From: Somniosus microcephalus
Taxonomy: Eukaryota
Direction: 5' to 3'
DNA length: 64,000 nt
NCBI GenBank assembly: GCA_052327205.1
Contig: CM126209.1
Location: 33,790,001-33,854,000, forward strand
A program made the translations under genes and the position numbers. Of the stretch, positions 45,591 through 57,800 are shown piece by piece; the first letter of the stretch is position 1; each line of letters starts with the position of its first letter. Under the pieces are notes generated by a model. That model was not told the origin of the DNA and did not search any database. It worked only from the letters and a program-made list of their open reading frames with translations.

Positions 45591-48269
45591 CTAGAAACAG
45601 GGAAAGATTTATCTGTAAATAAAGGGCAAAAAGACTAATGGAGTTGGTTATTTGAACAAAGAAAGTAATCTTATTCAGGCAACAAGAGTACATCCACGAC
45701 ACTTGAAACATTAATAACTAATGCAAGGCCCAATTAAGCCAGCACATCTATAGGGATTTACAAATTTGTTTAAATGTAATCAGGGATAGCCTCCTGATGT
45801 GTGAACTACTAACAAAATTACAGTATTTCATGCTCATCTGTTAAGAACCACACCAAATTGAGGATGACAGGAGAAAAATACTAAAGAAAAGAATGAAAGA
45901 AAGAAAAGGAGCAAGAAACCATGGAAAATGCAAAGTAAAAAAACACAATAAAAAACAAGAATAACTGGTTCTATGGCCTGCAGGCTGTGGCTGATTCTTT
46001 AAATGGTCTGCAATGGAAAACGAAAGTCAATTAAGGTTTGGCTGATTAAAAAAAGGTTCACATTTCATTAATAGGTTTCCTTGTGTGCGTCATTTTCACG
46101 CCAGCTATCTGCGAGAGGAAAGAAGGCTTTTATTGTACTTCACGATTCCTGTACCAGTTTGGCCAAGGATTCATTATTGTTAGAGTACATTTGGTTTATT
46201 TTACAAACAAGCAATAGTTCAACCACCAAATAAAATTTGCAAACATGTAGTATTTATTAGTAGGCCTCTTTCAATTTTCACTACAAATATAGAAGAAAAT
46301 GTATTAGTATTCACAGTATGAACAATCTGATTTTATCCTGCATTTTGCCAAAAGGGGATATATAATTCAACTTTAAAATTTTCTATCGTTACAAATGACA
46401 CCTCAAACCTACAGCCCAAGTAGAACTTCACGCCCATAAAAGTCTGTCAAATATATTCAGGGCCCGCATTGGTAAGATGCAGTGAGACAGTTTGAGAGTT
46501 CAAGCCACAGAAGCCTGCTAGGTCAAATACATGCTACACTGGAGCATATGCATGCAGTTAAACTCAAGGTTCGCCAAGACAAAAGGGCAGTGTAACGGAC
46601 AGAAACATGCAAGTGAAGCAGCCCGTCATGCTGTATTAGAACAAAGCTGGAGGTGAAAGGACCAACTTGGTGGGCTCGAAACAGAGGGGGGAAAATGCAA
46701 CACCGACAACCAGGTAATTGCCAAATGAATAGGGGCTTTGTTGACTGACTCAGATGAAAATAATTGCCAGTCAATGGCAAGTAAAGTACAAATAATCTTT
46801 ATTTAGCTCAACCCCTGAACTACTGAGGGTAAATGGCCCCTAGGTAGGAGTTACCATTCTGGAAGCTGTATTTAAACAATGCATCGTTTATTTCCTGATA
46901 ACAAGAGCAGTTTATTTAAATACAGCTCCCAGAAACTATTTGTACTTGGAAAAAATATACAACAATCTACAGATACACACTAAGATATTAGATCAGAACC
47001 TGAGCAGAAACAAACGCAGGTGCCTGGGGCTCATCGGCATTAGTGCACTGCAGATGGATATTCAACTTCAGAAATTTCAAAAAAGTTGCCGTGGGTACAC
47101 CAATAGCATTGTAAAGTTCAAATTAAAAATAAATAATTCCTCAGTAACTAGTCGTGGGGACAAAAAAGTTTTAAAAACTTCATCAACTGTTAGTCACACA
47201 AAATTAATGATAACAGGCAACAAAGTGTGCTGAATCCTTTGCAATTTCAGCTTCAGATGTCAATACTTCCAACTTCCTATTTTTTCCTCCTCCCTTCATT
47301 TTGGAAATAGATTTCCCACCTCTATGCCACAAACCTTCCTCCAACAGCATGTTCCCAGTACTCTGCCAAATAAATTAAGTAGGCAGCCGGGGAGTGTCAA
47401 TTTTACATCCCTCTCTCCTTCCAGGGAAATGAAGGAAATATTTGGGTTTTCTAAGTTCTGGAAATAATCCCTCTTATTTTCTCCCATTTGGAGACTCCTG
47501 GGATCACAGATCTTATGTCCTTATGACACTGAGCAACAGACTGGCTTTCAGGTCAGTTCCAAATCATCTGCCTGACCTGGTGCTTGTGGGCATACAGAAG
47601 TACATTAGGGTGATTGATTTACTCTGCTTCCCTGCTGGTAAGTGCCCAGCCTTCTCAACAAAGAGAGTTGGTGTGGGGAATTGTGTGAGGAATTGTGAAA
47701 CCATGGCACGAATGTATTGGGAATTTCACTTGGCTTCCACAAAAGTTACTTCATTGCAGCAGATTAAAATTATTTTAATCCCAACCCCCACCTTTAAACA
47801 TTGTCCTCCCCCCTCAGCAGCATTCTTCAAGAGGGTGGTCAGGCAACCTGTTGCAAGGTTTGTGCCTTGGCCTGTGCCTCCGGATGCCAATATGTGCATC
47901 CCTCACAATGGCAGTTTTGATTGATTCATCCCAACTGTGGGCTCTGCATGTGAGGAATTACTAGTGCAAAGATGTTTCCCACGATTCTGTGGCACAGCAG
48001 GTTGGTGCCAATATTCTATCTATATCATCTCTCAACTTTTTGTCAAGATGTTGCAATCTCAAAAAAAAACGCACTGCTAATTACATTCAGTTGAACTACC
48101 TTTCCAATTGTTGGCTGCAACATTTTGAGAAATGAGCTGAAACATTCCTCCCCCTCCCCAAGAAATGTCTCAATTAAAAATAAAAACAGTAAAATATTTT
48201 GCTAAAACAAACTCTTGCCTCTCCCAAATTAAACTGAGGAAAATTGCAGATTGAAGCTATGATTAAGAG

Positions 48270-48600
48270 AGCCACACAGGCCAGCAAGGTCCCAGGTTCA
48301 ATTCCCAGTAGGTAATGACTTAGTTGACCTCAGCCAGGGCAGTATAGGGGGGTCACTACAATATGCCTCAGTATGCCTAGTTCAAGAAAGGGCCAAAAAA
48401 GAATCAGGGGTCCTGCTCCTGAACACCATCTAGTGACCGTTGCTGAAGGATTGGGCTCAGTTGTGGTGCCCCCCACAACCCTCACTGTCGAGATTCATGG
48501 TTGAAGAATGACCACTTGGATGCAGCACCAGAGGGCAACTGCCACTCTGGGAACCGCACCCAGTAAAAGAGTCAATGCTTTTGTGAAAGGGAAGAAAACT
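48270..48600 (+). mobile_element. tRNA-derived SINE-like repeat in a TCF7L2 intron
   Basis: GGTCCCAGGTTCAATTCC B-box-like head. Body shared with 14015-14240. Confidence 0.55.
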
Positions 48601-49723
48601 GGAATTAAATAGTTCTTTCTTTTTTTAAAGTGAATTTAGATTACCCAAGTAAGTTGGAATACTCATCCCTATTATTTTGCAATTGTAGGATTGTAAAGAA
48701 AATATTAGATAAAATGGTGTCAAGAAACCCAAAACTTTATTTGAAATCATCATTGGAGAGCTGTTTATCCACCACGTTTCTTAGAGTCTGGCTAAAAAAT
48801 GTTGCATCAAAACAATTTCTAAACCAATTTTAGGAAAACTTCCCCCATCCAGCACACTAACCCTCAAGTACAAACTTGACATCTAAAATGAGAAAGGGGC
48901 ACCACTAAATATAAAGCTAATGGCAGTATTAAAGATAAGCATGCAATCAGGTCATTTGAAGAATCCCATTCATAACTGTTTACGTGGATTCTTTACTCAT
49001 TCCTCTTTACACTGTATCTTGCATTATAATTTTAAGCATTAGCCCATTAAAAATGCAAAAAATAACTGTTTCAAATATCACAATTAATTAAGGATTAACC
49101 AATTCATAAATCCAAAAGCCGTGCATTATAGCCAAAATGCTCAGAGAAATGGTAAAAATTCTATAAGGAATTAGCCACAAGCGGTGCAGTCTCAAATTTA
49201 CTGCTGCTAATACACAAATCCTTCCAGTATCAACCGACAATCCTCTGGCAGCAGTTCAGTAATGCACTGATGTCCGTCCATCACTTGGCAATTGTCCATG
49301 CTGCATCTTACATAACATTTACTTTTAATTTGAGCACCATTTATTAGAAATGACACAGTCAAACAAGCAATGAAAAAATGTATCTATTAATCATGGCATT
49401 CAGTCAGAAGCACAATTATACTTGTATCTTAATTACGCTTTAAGATCATGATTATAGAATAATGGTAGCTACTCTTAACATACATGCCAACATAAAGACA
49501 GTGCTAAAAAGGGACACACACAAGTGCACAGTCTCTGTAAACCTCATTACGTCAGCAGACTTTAATCTTATATTTTCAATTATTGATAACGAAATGGGGT
49601 TAGAGAGACTAACACATTCTGAAGTAGGGGAAATGAAGTATGAAAGAGAGAGAGAGAGAGCGATCGAGCACCACGTGTATATGAAAAACAAAAAGTTTCA
49701 ACTTTGAAGAAACAAATACCTAC

Positions 49724-49748
49724 CATGACAACATTCCCACTTCAAAGA
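49724..49748 (-). CDS. TCF7L2: TCF7L2 25-nt alternative exon (exon 16/13b type) with in-frame stop
   Basis: cag|TCTTTGAAGTGGGAATGTTGTCATG|gtaggt. Exactly 25 nt. Gives AGT CTT TGA after a C-clamp exon. Confidence 0.85.
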
Positions 49749-50396
49749 CTGCATGTGTCAGGACAAAGAAATAAGATTTAACCAAATGCGGTCAACGGGA
49801 AAGGTGTACATAAACAGGACAAAACATTTATTCCCTCTACCCAGCCAAGTCCCAAGAATTAGAGAATTGGCAACCGAGTAGTTTGAAAAGTTCTAGAGTA
49901 CCCAGATTAGCTGTGGTGGATAAGCCTTTGACCGTTTGATGTCTGAGTTTGTTTAGTTAAACCGAATTGTAAGAAAACTAAAAAAGAGAAATTTAATTGT
50001 GTGTTACTTAAAAAAAATATTCCAACAGATTTTGCACTCGCCTGAAAATGAAAGTTTCCTCTGAACGAGCTTGTAGCTGGTATGACGCCCAATTACTAAA
50101 AATAAATTGGCGATTAATACATAAAAATGTAAAGACATAGTTACTGGAGTGCACAAACACCTTTCTGCTTCTTGGAAACTTATCTGTTGTACAATGCTGC
50201 GATAATTATTCAGGAGAGGCGACTATTTTATCAATAAGGTAACATTCTCTATAAATGAAATAGTAGCTCTATATGTTGAAATTTCACATTCACTGACTAA
50301 AATGGACTCATGCACAGAAGAATATCAGTACATGTTGTGCACTTAGAACTGCGATGTCTACACATTCAGTAGATACCAGGTGAATTTTCTACACTA

Positions 50397-50397
50397 T

Positions 50398-50444
<47 letters not shown>

Positions 50445-50512
50445 TATATGTACATATATATATATAAATATACATATACATACACATATATATATGTACA
50501 TAAATATATAGA
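50397..50512. repeat. (TA)n compound microsatellite
   Basis: Long TA run with TG/CA interruptions. Confidence 0.95.
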
Positions 50513-50870
50513 TCTTTATGGACCATGGGTGGTTAGTAGTTACAGCCAGTTTTCAAGAACAAAACTTCTCTCTCCTCTGTCCTAGGTTTCACTGCACCAA
50601 TCTCCGACACAAGGTCACAGGCCCATCGCAACCACTGTTTGGGGAGGGCCAGGAAAGGGGGGAAAAAAGGTGGACAGTGCTTGCAAGGAGACAGACCAAT
50701 GCTGCTAATAAAAGGCAACAGGTAAAAAAAAAGAAAGGAAAATAAAACAAAAAAAAAATCTGCAATAAGCTATAGAATATTAGCACATTAGAGCACAGGA
50801 AAGTCACATGAATGCACTACAAATCCAGTAAAGGGCATATTTAATTCCGGAAGGCCTAATGGGAGTATAC

Positions 50871-50943
50871 CTGCAAGGTTTGCACCATAAACTCTGTTGG
50901 TCTAGCCCGAACAATGCCCGACACTTCTTTGGAGTATTTGCAT
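50871..50943 (-). CDS. TCF7L2: TCF7L2 C-clamp exon, CRALF form (73 bp)
   Basis: [25 protein letters not shown] with AG/GT flanks. Confidence 0.96.
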
Positions 50944-51214
50944 CTGTTAGCATGAAGTAAACAAAAACAGCAAATGGAGGATACTGCTCACTGGATGTGA
51001 CATCTCAGCCAGAGCTAGTGGTTTAGCTGGCCAAGTTGGCATTCTCCCCTCATCACTGAAAAAAACAAAATTCACACTGCCTAGCAACAATAGATGCAAG
51101 GGTGGGTTATCAGCGTCCAATCGAAACACTGAAACAGTGATAGCAAGAAGGGGAAAGTACCAATTTAAACCCAGCTGAAACCAACCATAGCAAACCTGGG
51201 AAAACGATACACAC

Positions 51215-51287
51215 CTGCACGGGCCGCACCAGTTATTCTGTTGATCAAGGCCAAAGCGCGCTCGGCATTTCTTAGGAGCGCTCAGAT
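51215..51287 (-). CDS. TCF7L2: TCF7L2 C-clamp exon, CRARF form (73 bp)
   Basis: DLSAPKKCRARFGLDQQNNWCGPCR with AG/GT flanks. Confidence 0.97.
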
Positions 51288-52085
51288 CTGAACAAATTGG
51301 AAGAAAGCGAGCAGAGGAGACAGAAATGGAAGAAGGAGAGACAAGAAAACAAAAAGGAATAAATCAATTTATCTGTTACCAGTGATCAGTAATGCCCTCT
51401 AATTTCATAAAAACGTATTAAAATCACAGCTGTATTTTTTTTTCACCCATTTAAAAAGCACCAATATATTGTGTGGCAATACAAATTTGCATTATTTTAG
51501 AGTAGCTTTTAATTAGAATTCACAAAAAGAAGTAAGTGGACTGAATAAAGAACCTGCAGGTTAGTGCCAGCAAGGAGGAGGTTAGGCTTGAATCAGGCTA
51601 AAAGGTTAAAGTGCTTTGCAAAAGGATCTGGACAACAGGGTCAATTTTACATGCATGCCTTCCGAGGGCAAATGTAAAGTAGGATAATGGGATTAGTCTA
51701 GCGGGTAAGGCTAATTTCACAAAGGATGCATCAGAAAACAGGTACAGCCCAAATTAATATGTCAATACAAGACAATAAGTACACACTACAATAAGCTTTA
51801 AAACATTTTAAGTTACAATAGCTAATGCAATAATAATTATTTTTTTTATTTAAAAAAAAAGTTCTACAAAAACGAGCATTAAAAATGTCTATAATTCATG
51901 CACTGATTACTTTATCGCTCTTGGAAAGGCAAACCAGCCATAAAATTAAACTGCATACATAGTATTGTAATTAACTATGTTATAAAACATGGTTAGCAGC
52001 AGCTATGGTTTCATCTGATTAAATGTCGTTATTCTGATATGTGAAGGGTGCCCTCTATTATGGAAGATAATTGCTGCCTACTTAC

Positions 52086-52134
52086 CATTGGTCTCTCCCG
52101 CCTGTTTTTCCCTTTTCCTCTTCTTCCTCTTGCC
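52086..52134 (-). CDS. TCF7L2: TCF7L2 basic tail/NLS exon (49 bp)
   Basis: GKRKKRKREKQAGETN, AG/GTAAG. Confidence 0.96.
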
Positions 52135-52484
52135 CTATTAGGGAGAGAGAAAAAAAATGGAGATGGGGGGTGGGGGGTGAAAAAAGCACAAGCTCAGTTT
52201 GTCCGTTTGGCGTAGTTTTGTGAACCTATCAGAATCAAAACACCTCAAAAGAATTTTTTTAAATGCTCTGTTCGATCAGCACCGAGAAACAAAAGCAATA
52301 TGAAGGACAGCTCTGTGGCACGCACAAGGTTCTGAAGACGGCAGGGCACTGTCGGTTTCACCCTAATCATTATTTGTAACATTAAACTGACATGTATGAA
52401 GTGTACACCACTGGGCCTGTAGAGGGGAGAGAAAAAAGAGGAGTGGGGGAGGGAGCAGGGAAAGTGCTCAAGAATGGAACTTAC

Positions 52485-52592
52485 ATAGTTATCTCGTGCT
52501 GACCAGCCCGGGTAGAGTTGCATGTGAAGCTGCCGTTCCTTTCTGGCTAACTCATAGTACTTTGCTTGTTCTTCTCTAGACAAAGCGTGCCA
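52485..52592 (-). CDS. TCF7L2: TCF7L2 HMG box exon 2 (108 bp)
   Basis: [36 protein letters not shown]. Confidence 0.98.
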
Positions 52593-53315
52593 CTGAGAAC
52601 AAACAGGGTAGGATAAGGGAGAAATAGAACACATTAATTAAATCCATATACTTGTGTATAAAAATGCCTGAAAAGATTAATGCATTAATAAAATTTCAGG
52701 GCTGTATACCACAATAGAATGAAAAGCATCAACATTAACACTATGCTGTGTCTGTATAGATTCACTTACTCGAACAAAAAAAACAGACTAGAATTTATTG
52801 TAAAACAGACAGGAGAATCATCACCTTTACACTGTTAAGTGTTTGAGGGAGGGCAAGGGGAACGATTCAACTAAAATAAGAACACAGCTTCAAAATCAAG
52901 AAAAAAACTCATACTCTAAAGCATTTCAGAATTATGGTGCATCACTTTTAATCAATTCAGTTGAGAGAGTTCTTAAATTGAAAAGTTACGGTTAGTATAG
53001 AGGGCAATAAAACTGGACAGGTGTTTACGGTGTCTGTATGACATTCCTCTCCATGGTATTTTAATGGAGGTGTTAAACCATTCATTGTTAAAATAGCAGA
53101 TTAATGGCACATGTTGTGTCATTCGCTATTATCGGCAACACTTGCTTCCAATCTCTAAAGAGTGTTGATCCTGATTTGCTGTATGAAAAATAGTTGATGG
53201 CCAGCGTAAAAATTTACACTGACTGATTGCCCTGATCACTACGATTATATCTCCAAGCTGGTTTTGTGTACTTTAGGTTAGGAAGTGGTCATTTTCGATG
53301 GTTTAGACTGCTTAC

Positions 53316-53478
53316 CCTTCGGCCAAGGATCTGGTTGATGGCCGCACTTTCTTTCAGCGTGCACTCTGCTACTACCTTTGCTCTCATTTCCTTCATGTAC
53401 AACATGAACGCGTTCAGAGGTTTCTTTATGTGTGGCTTTTTCTTTTCCTCCTCTTTTTTGGCATCCTGATGATGTTTT
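53316..53478 (-). CDS. TCF7L2: TCF7L2 HMG box exon 1 (163 bp)
   Basis: [54 protein letters not shown]. Confidence 0.98.
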
Positions 53479-53755
53479 CTGAAAGAATAAGAACAGTTAC
53501 TGACTTCACCAGTGAAACTGAAGTGATCATTTCTCTTCTAAAAATGATTCAGTATTAAAACCAAATGAAAATGATCAAAGTTATAATAAACTGGGAGAAG
53601 TCAGCATTTAATAATCTAGACAACAGAGACACGCATGCTTTTAAAATTTTGAAAGAATTTTTATCATGGCAAACAGGACTACAAATTTCAAAGGTATGAA
53701 CTAGTTGCACATTAAGATAAAATGATGTGCTTTTTGCACAAATATTAAAACTTAC

Positions 53756-53881
53756 GAGTTATTGAGGGATCCGATGTCACTCTGGGAAGACTCTTGTTTG
53801 ACAGTTGGTGTGACTATGGCCGGATGGGGAATTCCCGTCGTGTGTAAACTGTGGTGTGGTGGAACCATGTGTGGGGGGAAC
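53756..53881 (-). CDS. TCF7L2: TCF7L2 exon (126 bp). An alternative acceptor extends it to 53896.
   Basis: [42 protein letters not shown]. Upstream CAG adds 15 nt. Confidence 0.97.
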
Positions 53882-56800
53882 CTACCAGAGAGAAAACTGT
53901 GTAAATCAACAGAACAGAAATGAATGAACGGGAGGGATGGGCACACATTTGATATATAAGCAAGTACAAGCTGTCACAATCACTCTATGTGGCTACTGTA
54001 ATTAATAGCATAGCATGACTCATCATTACACAACTGTCAGTCTAACTTTACCAGACTGTCAACAGTATATAGTAACAAAAAATTACAACATATACATTGT
54101 ATAAATACAATATATGCTACATAAATTCAAAGATTTTCCCTTATAGAACTCTGTCGAAGAGGCCTTTTCAAAGAACAATTTTGGTTTGGCCCCTTTGACA
54201 ATTTTTGCATACAGCCAACAAATGCATGTTCACCTGTCCAAATTTATATTCGGTCAAATCACAATTTCTAACCTTATTGAGAAGGGCTGAATTTGTGGTA
54301 CACCAAAATCTTCCCCAAGATCATGAATCAAACCAACATAATCATTTCCTATAAATATAATAATTATATATTTACTGCTTTATTTTAAAATATAGTTAAA
54401 TGATTTTGGAGTGAACATTTCTGTCCAATTACACAGCATGTGGGTGGCTGACATTGTGTTAGCTGACAGATGCAGACTTTTTTTTCCTAGAGTGTAATGT
54501 TAGCAGAGTGATTGAGCAGTGAAAATACCATTTACAAATACCATACAAACATAAGACAGTACACAGGTGAAGTATTTTATAGTACACTAGAGCTTTCAAA
54601 ACCTCAAGAGTATCATTCTTCACGTGATGAAGTGGTTACATTCATTTCATTACCTGAAGAGACTTACGAGGGTTCAGGAGTTAATGGATACTATAAAATG
54701 TCAATCTATCATAAGGTGATTACTTCCACACTATCTACAAAATATTGGAAATTTGGTATAGCTCTTGCAACTGAACAAGGAAACTACATTTTATTATATA
54801 ATATATAATATATATATTATATTCCGTTGTAAAAACTAAAAATTCTAAACAGCTAATTATGAAAAAATCCTGACTGCTTTTATGGCTGCAAGCCAGAATA
54901 TAATGATGTGCATAAACTTGCAGGCCATGTTACGAACAAACTCATTTTTGTTCCAGTGTGTCTCTGGGGCTTCTATCACGTTCACTCTCACTTTATTTCA
55001 CTGTTGACATGTTTCTGTTAACTGCATGTCATCTGCCTGGCTTTGTTTTATGTGTGAGCTGTGGGATGCTTTTTTTCCCCCCCCTTGCAAAAAAAAAAAA
55101 CAGCCTCTGAGTTGCAGCTAGTTTGTCATTATTCCCCCCCCCCTCCTCTCCCTGTGCAGTTGTTATCTCTCATCTTTTCCAAGCTCAATTTTCCTGAGCT
55201 TTCTGAACCACCACAAACCCACATTATGGTTTATACATGATGCTGATCTCTTTGAAGGCGGCACATTTCAGAGCGGGCCCTAGTCAGGAGAAGCACCTTC
55301 AGCCAATTTGCTAGGCTGAGGGGCCCCGAAGCTCTAACATCTCAATCTAACAGGGTCACAAGGTGGCACAAGTGAGTGTCAGCTATTGCTGTTTAATTGC
55401 CAGTCTATGCCTCTCTGCTGTGTTTAAAGTATAATGACCCATCACTTAATTCCAAGAAATCACTGCCCTGCTGCTGGATGGAATAAATATCAAAAGGTGC
55501 GCTCTGGCAGGGCATGGAGTCTACATTTCCTATAGATGTCATACGAATAATACAGACGTGTATTTCCATCACCCCACTACCACACAAATGCCTTTTGTTC
55601 TATTTTTTTTTCATCTGAATAACTAATGTACGCCCCTACAGGAAAAAAACTGTTGAAGAACTGCTAAGTTGTTTTAATGATTGCCTTCACAAGTATACAA
55701 ATCGTGTGCTTTGCCTGACAACTTGACCCCTCCCCACAGTCTATTTGTGGGGGTGGGGGACACTACCAAAAGCAATCCATGTGTGACCAGAAAATAACCC
55801 TACACCTTTCTCTCATTTGTGATGTGCACCTTTCACTCTTATAACTGGTGCCCCACTGACAGCTGTACAATTGCAACACTGAACATCGTGAACACTTCTA
55901 ATACATTCCTAAAGTCTTATTTTGCTATTCAGTGATAAACATTTTTGCTATTCTGCTAAACCTTTGGAAAAAAATTTAAATTTTAAATGGTTAATTTGTC
56001 TTGCCCCTATCTAAAGCTGTGCTTTTACAAATGCATCTACTTAGTCCCTGGAGATGGGGAGCCGTGCCTAATAATCTATGCTAATTTAATTAACAGCTAT
56101 CATCAAAATGCATTAGCTGTTTCAGCCCATCAGGAAAGTCTAACCCTCCACCAATTAAATTAGCTGAACTCTAAATCAGATGAACAGAAAATAAACCCAT
56201 CATTAGGAGCAATTAGCGATTGCTTAAATACAGTGCTATGGAGTAGTTTGTAAATATACTTGTAGCCACTGGGAAATTAGCTCGTACTGTATTAATTGGG
56301 GCTGTGACGAACAGTCAGAGCCCCTATCAAAACAGTAGCTTTCGGAGTTCTGAACATCAGCCTCCAAGAGCTTTGATGTGTCATCATTTACCAGTCTCTC
56401 TTATTGGTTTTGTATGTTTGCATTTGTTGTGTATGCATATGGACATTAATATTGTACACAGGGTTGGAATCTGGTGTGGTAACGCTGATGTGTTGTAAAC
56501 TTTAATACACAGATATTTTATCCTGCATGGCAGCTACTTCTGCTAGTTAAAATTAGGTACAGATTTACAATACCTCATTACTTTTTTATTTCACCTTCAG
56601 TATTGCTAAATACCCATTTAAATTTTACATGGCTGGCACAATTAAATCTTGTGAAAATTATTGCATTTTTCCATTAAGAAGGCCTCATTACTGCTACAAT
56701 GCAGTTTACCAATACCACAATTATACTGAAGCCCACAGGCATAATTTGGTGTCGGTATTTGGACTCCATACTGCAGGACTAAGTGGGGCTTCCAATTAAG

Positions 56801-57111
56801 ACTGGATGTTCTCAGTTGCACTGCTTAACAATGTAAATCTAGAAAAAAAAATTGTTTCTCTTTAAGATCTAAAGAACAGAAGGAGTAAACGATGGGCAAA
56901 AGGGCTGGATGAAATGACTGCAACAAGGATGGATTCAGTGCAAGTCCAAACATAGGTTATAATGGTCCATGACAAAATTGGTACCAGTCCGAAAATAATT
57001 TCTGGAGAGATCCTGTGTACATAGTCACCAATTTGAAAGGCAGAAAGTACCCTGAATTTACTATCTTTTGTAAATCGCATTCAAAACTGGTTTGTGTTTG
57101 CTAGTAGGGGG

Positions 57112-57800
57112 CGGCATAACTAAGACCGCCTATTTCCACCTCCATAACACTGCCCGTCTCTGCCCCTGCCTCAGCTCATCCGCTGCTGAAACCCTCATCC
57201 ATGCCTTTGTTACCTCTAGACTTGACTATTCCAATGCACTCCTGGCTAGCCTCCCGCGTTCTACCCTACGTAAACTTGAGGTGATCCAAAACTCTGCTGC
57301 CCGTGTCCTAACTTGCACCAAGTCCCGTTCACCCATCACCCCTTTGCTCACTGACCTACATTGGCTCCTGGTTAAGCAACGCCTTGATTTCAAAATTCTC
57401 ATCCTGGTTTTCAAATCCCTCCATGGCCTCGCCCCTATCGCTGTAACCTCCTCCAGCCCCACAATCCACCCACCCCCCCAACCACCACCACCACCACCGA
57501 GATATCTGCACTCCTCTAATTCTGTCCTCTTGAACATCCCTGATTATAATCACTCAACCATTGGTAACCATGCCTTCTGTTGCCAAGGCCCTAAGCTCTG
57601 GAGTTCCCTGCCTAAACCTCTCCACCTCTCTTTCCTCCTTTAAGACGCTCCTTAAAACCTACCTCTTTGACCAAGCTTTTGGTCATCTGCCCTCATTTCT
57701 CCTTATATGGTGTCAAATTTTTTGTCTAATACTACTCTTGTGAAGCATCTTGGGACGTTTTACTACATTAAAGGCGCTATATAAATAAAAGTTGTTGTTG
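57112..57800 (+). mobile_element. L2 LINE 3' fragment in a TCF7L2 intron, antisense to the gene
   Basis: AETLIHAFVTSRLDYSNALL...IQNSAARVL...LHWL. Tail TATATAAATAAAAGTTGTTGTTG. Confidence 0.93.

Noticed and set aside
51554-51627. Possible cassette exon (cag...CTGCAG|gttc) between the NLS and CRARF exons
   Set aside because: Weak donor, in-frame stops and no similarity to known TCF7L2 exons.
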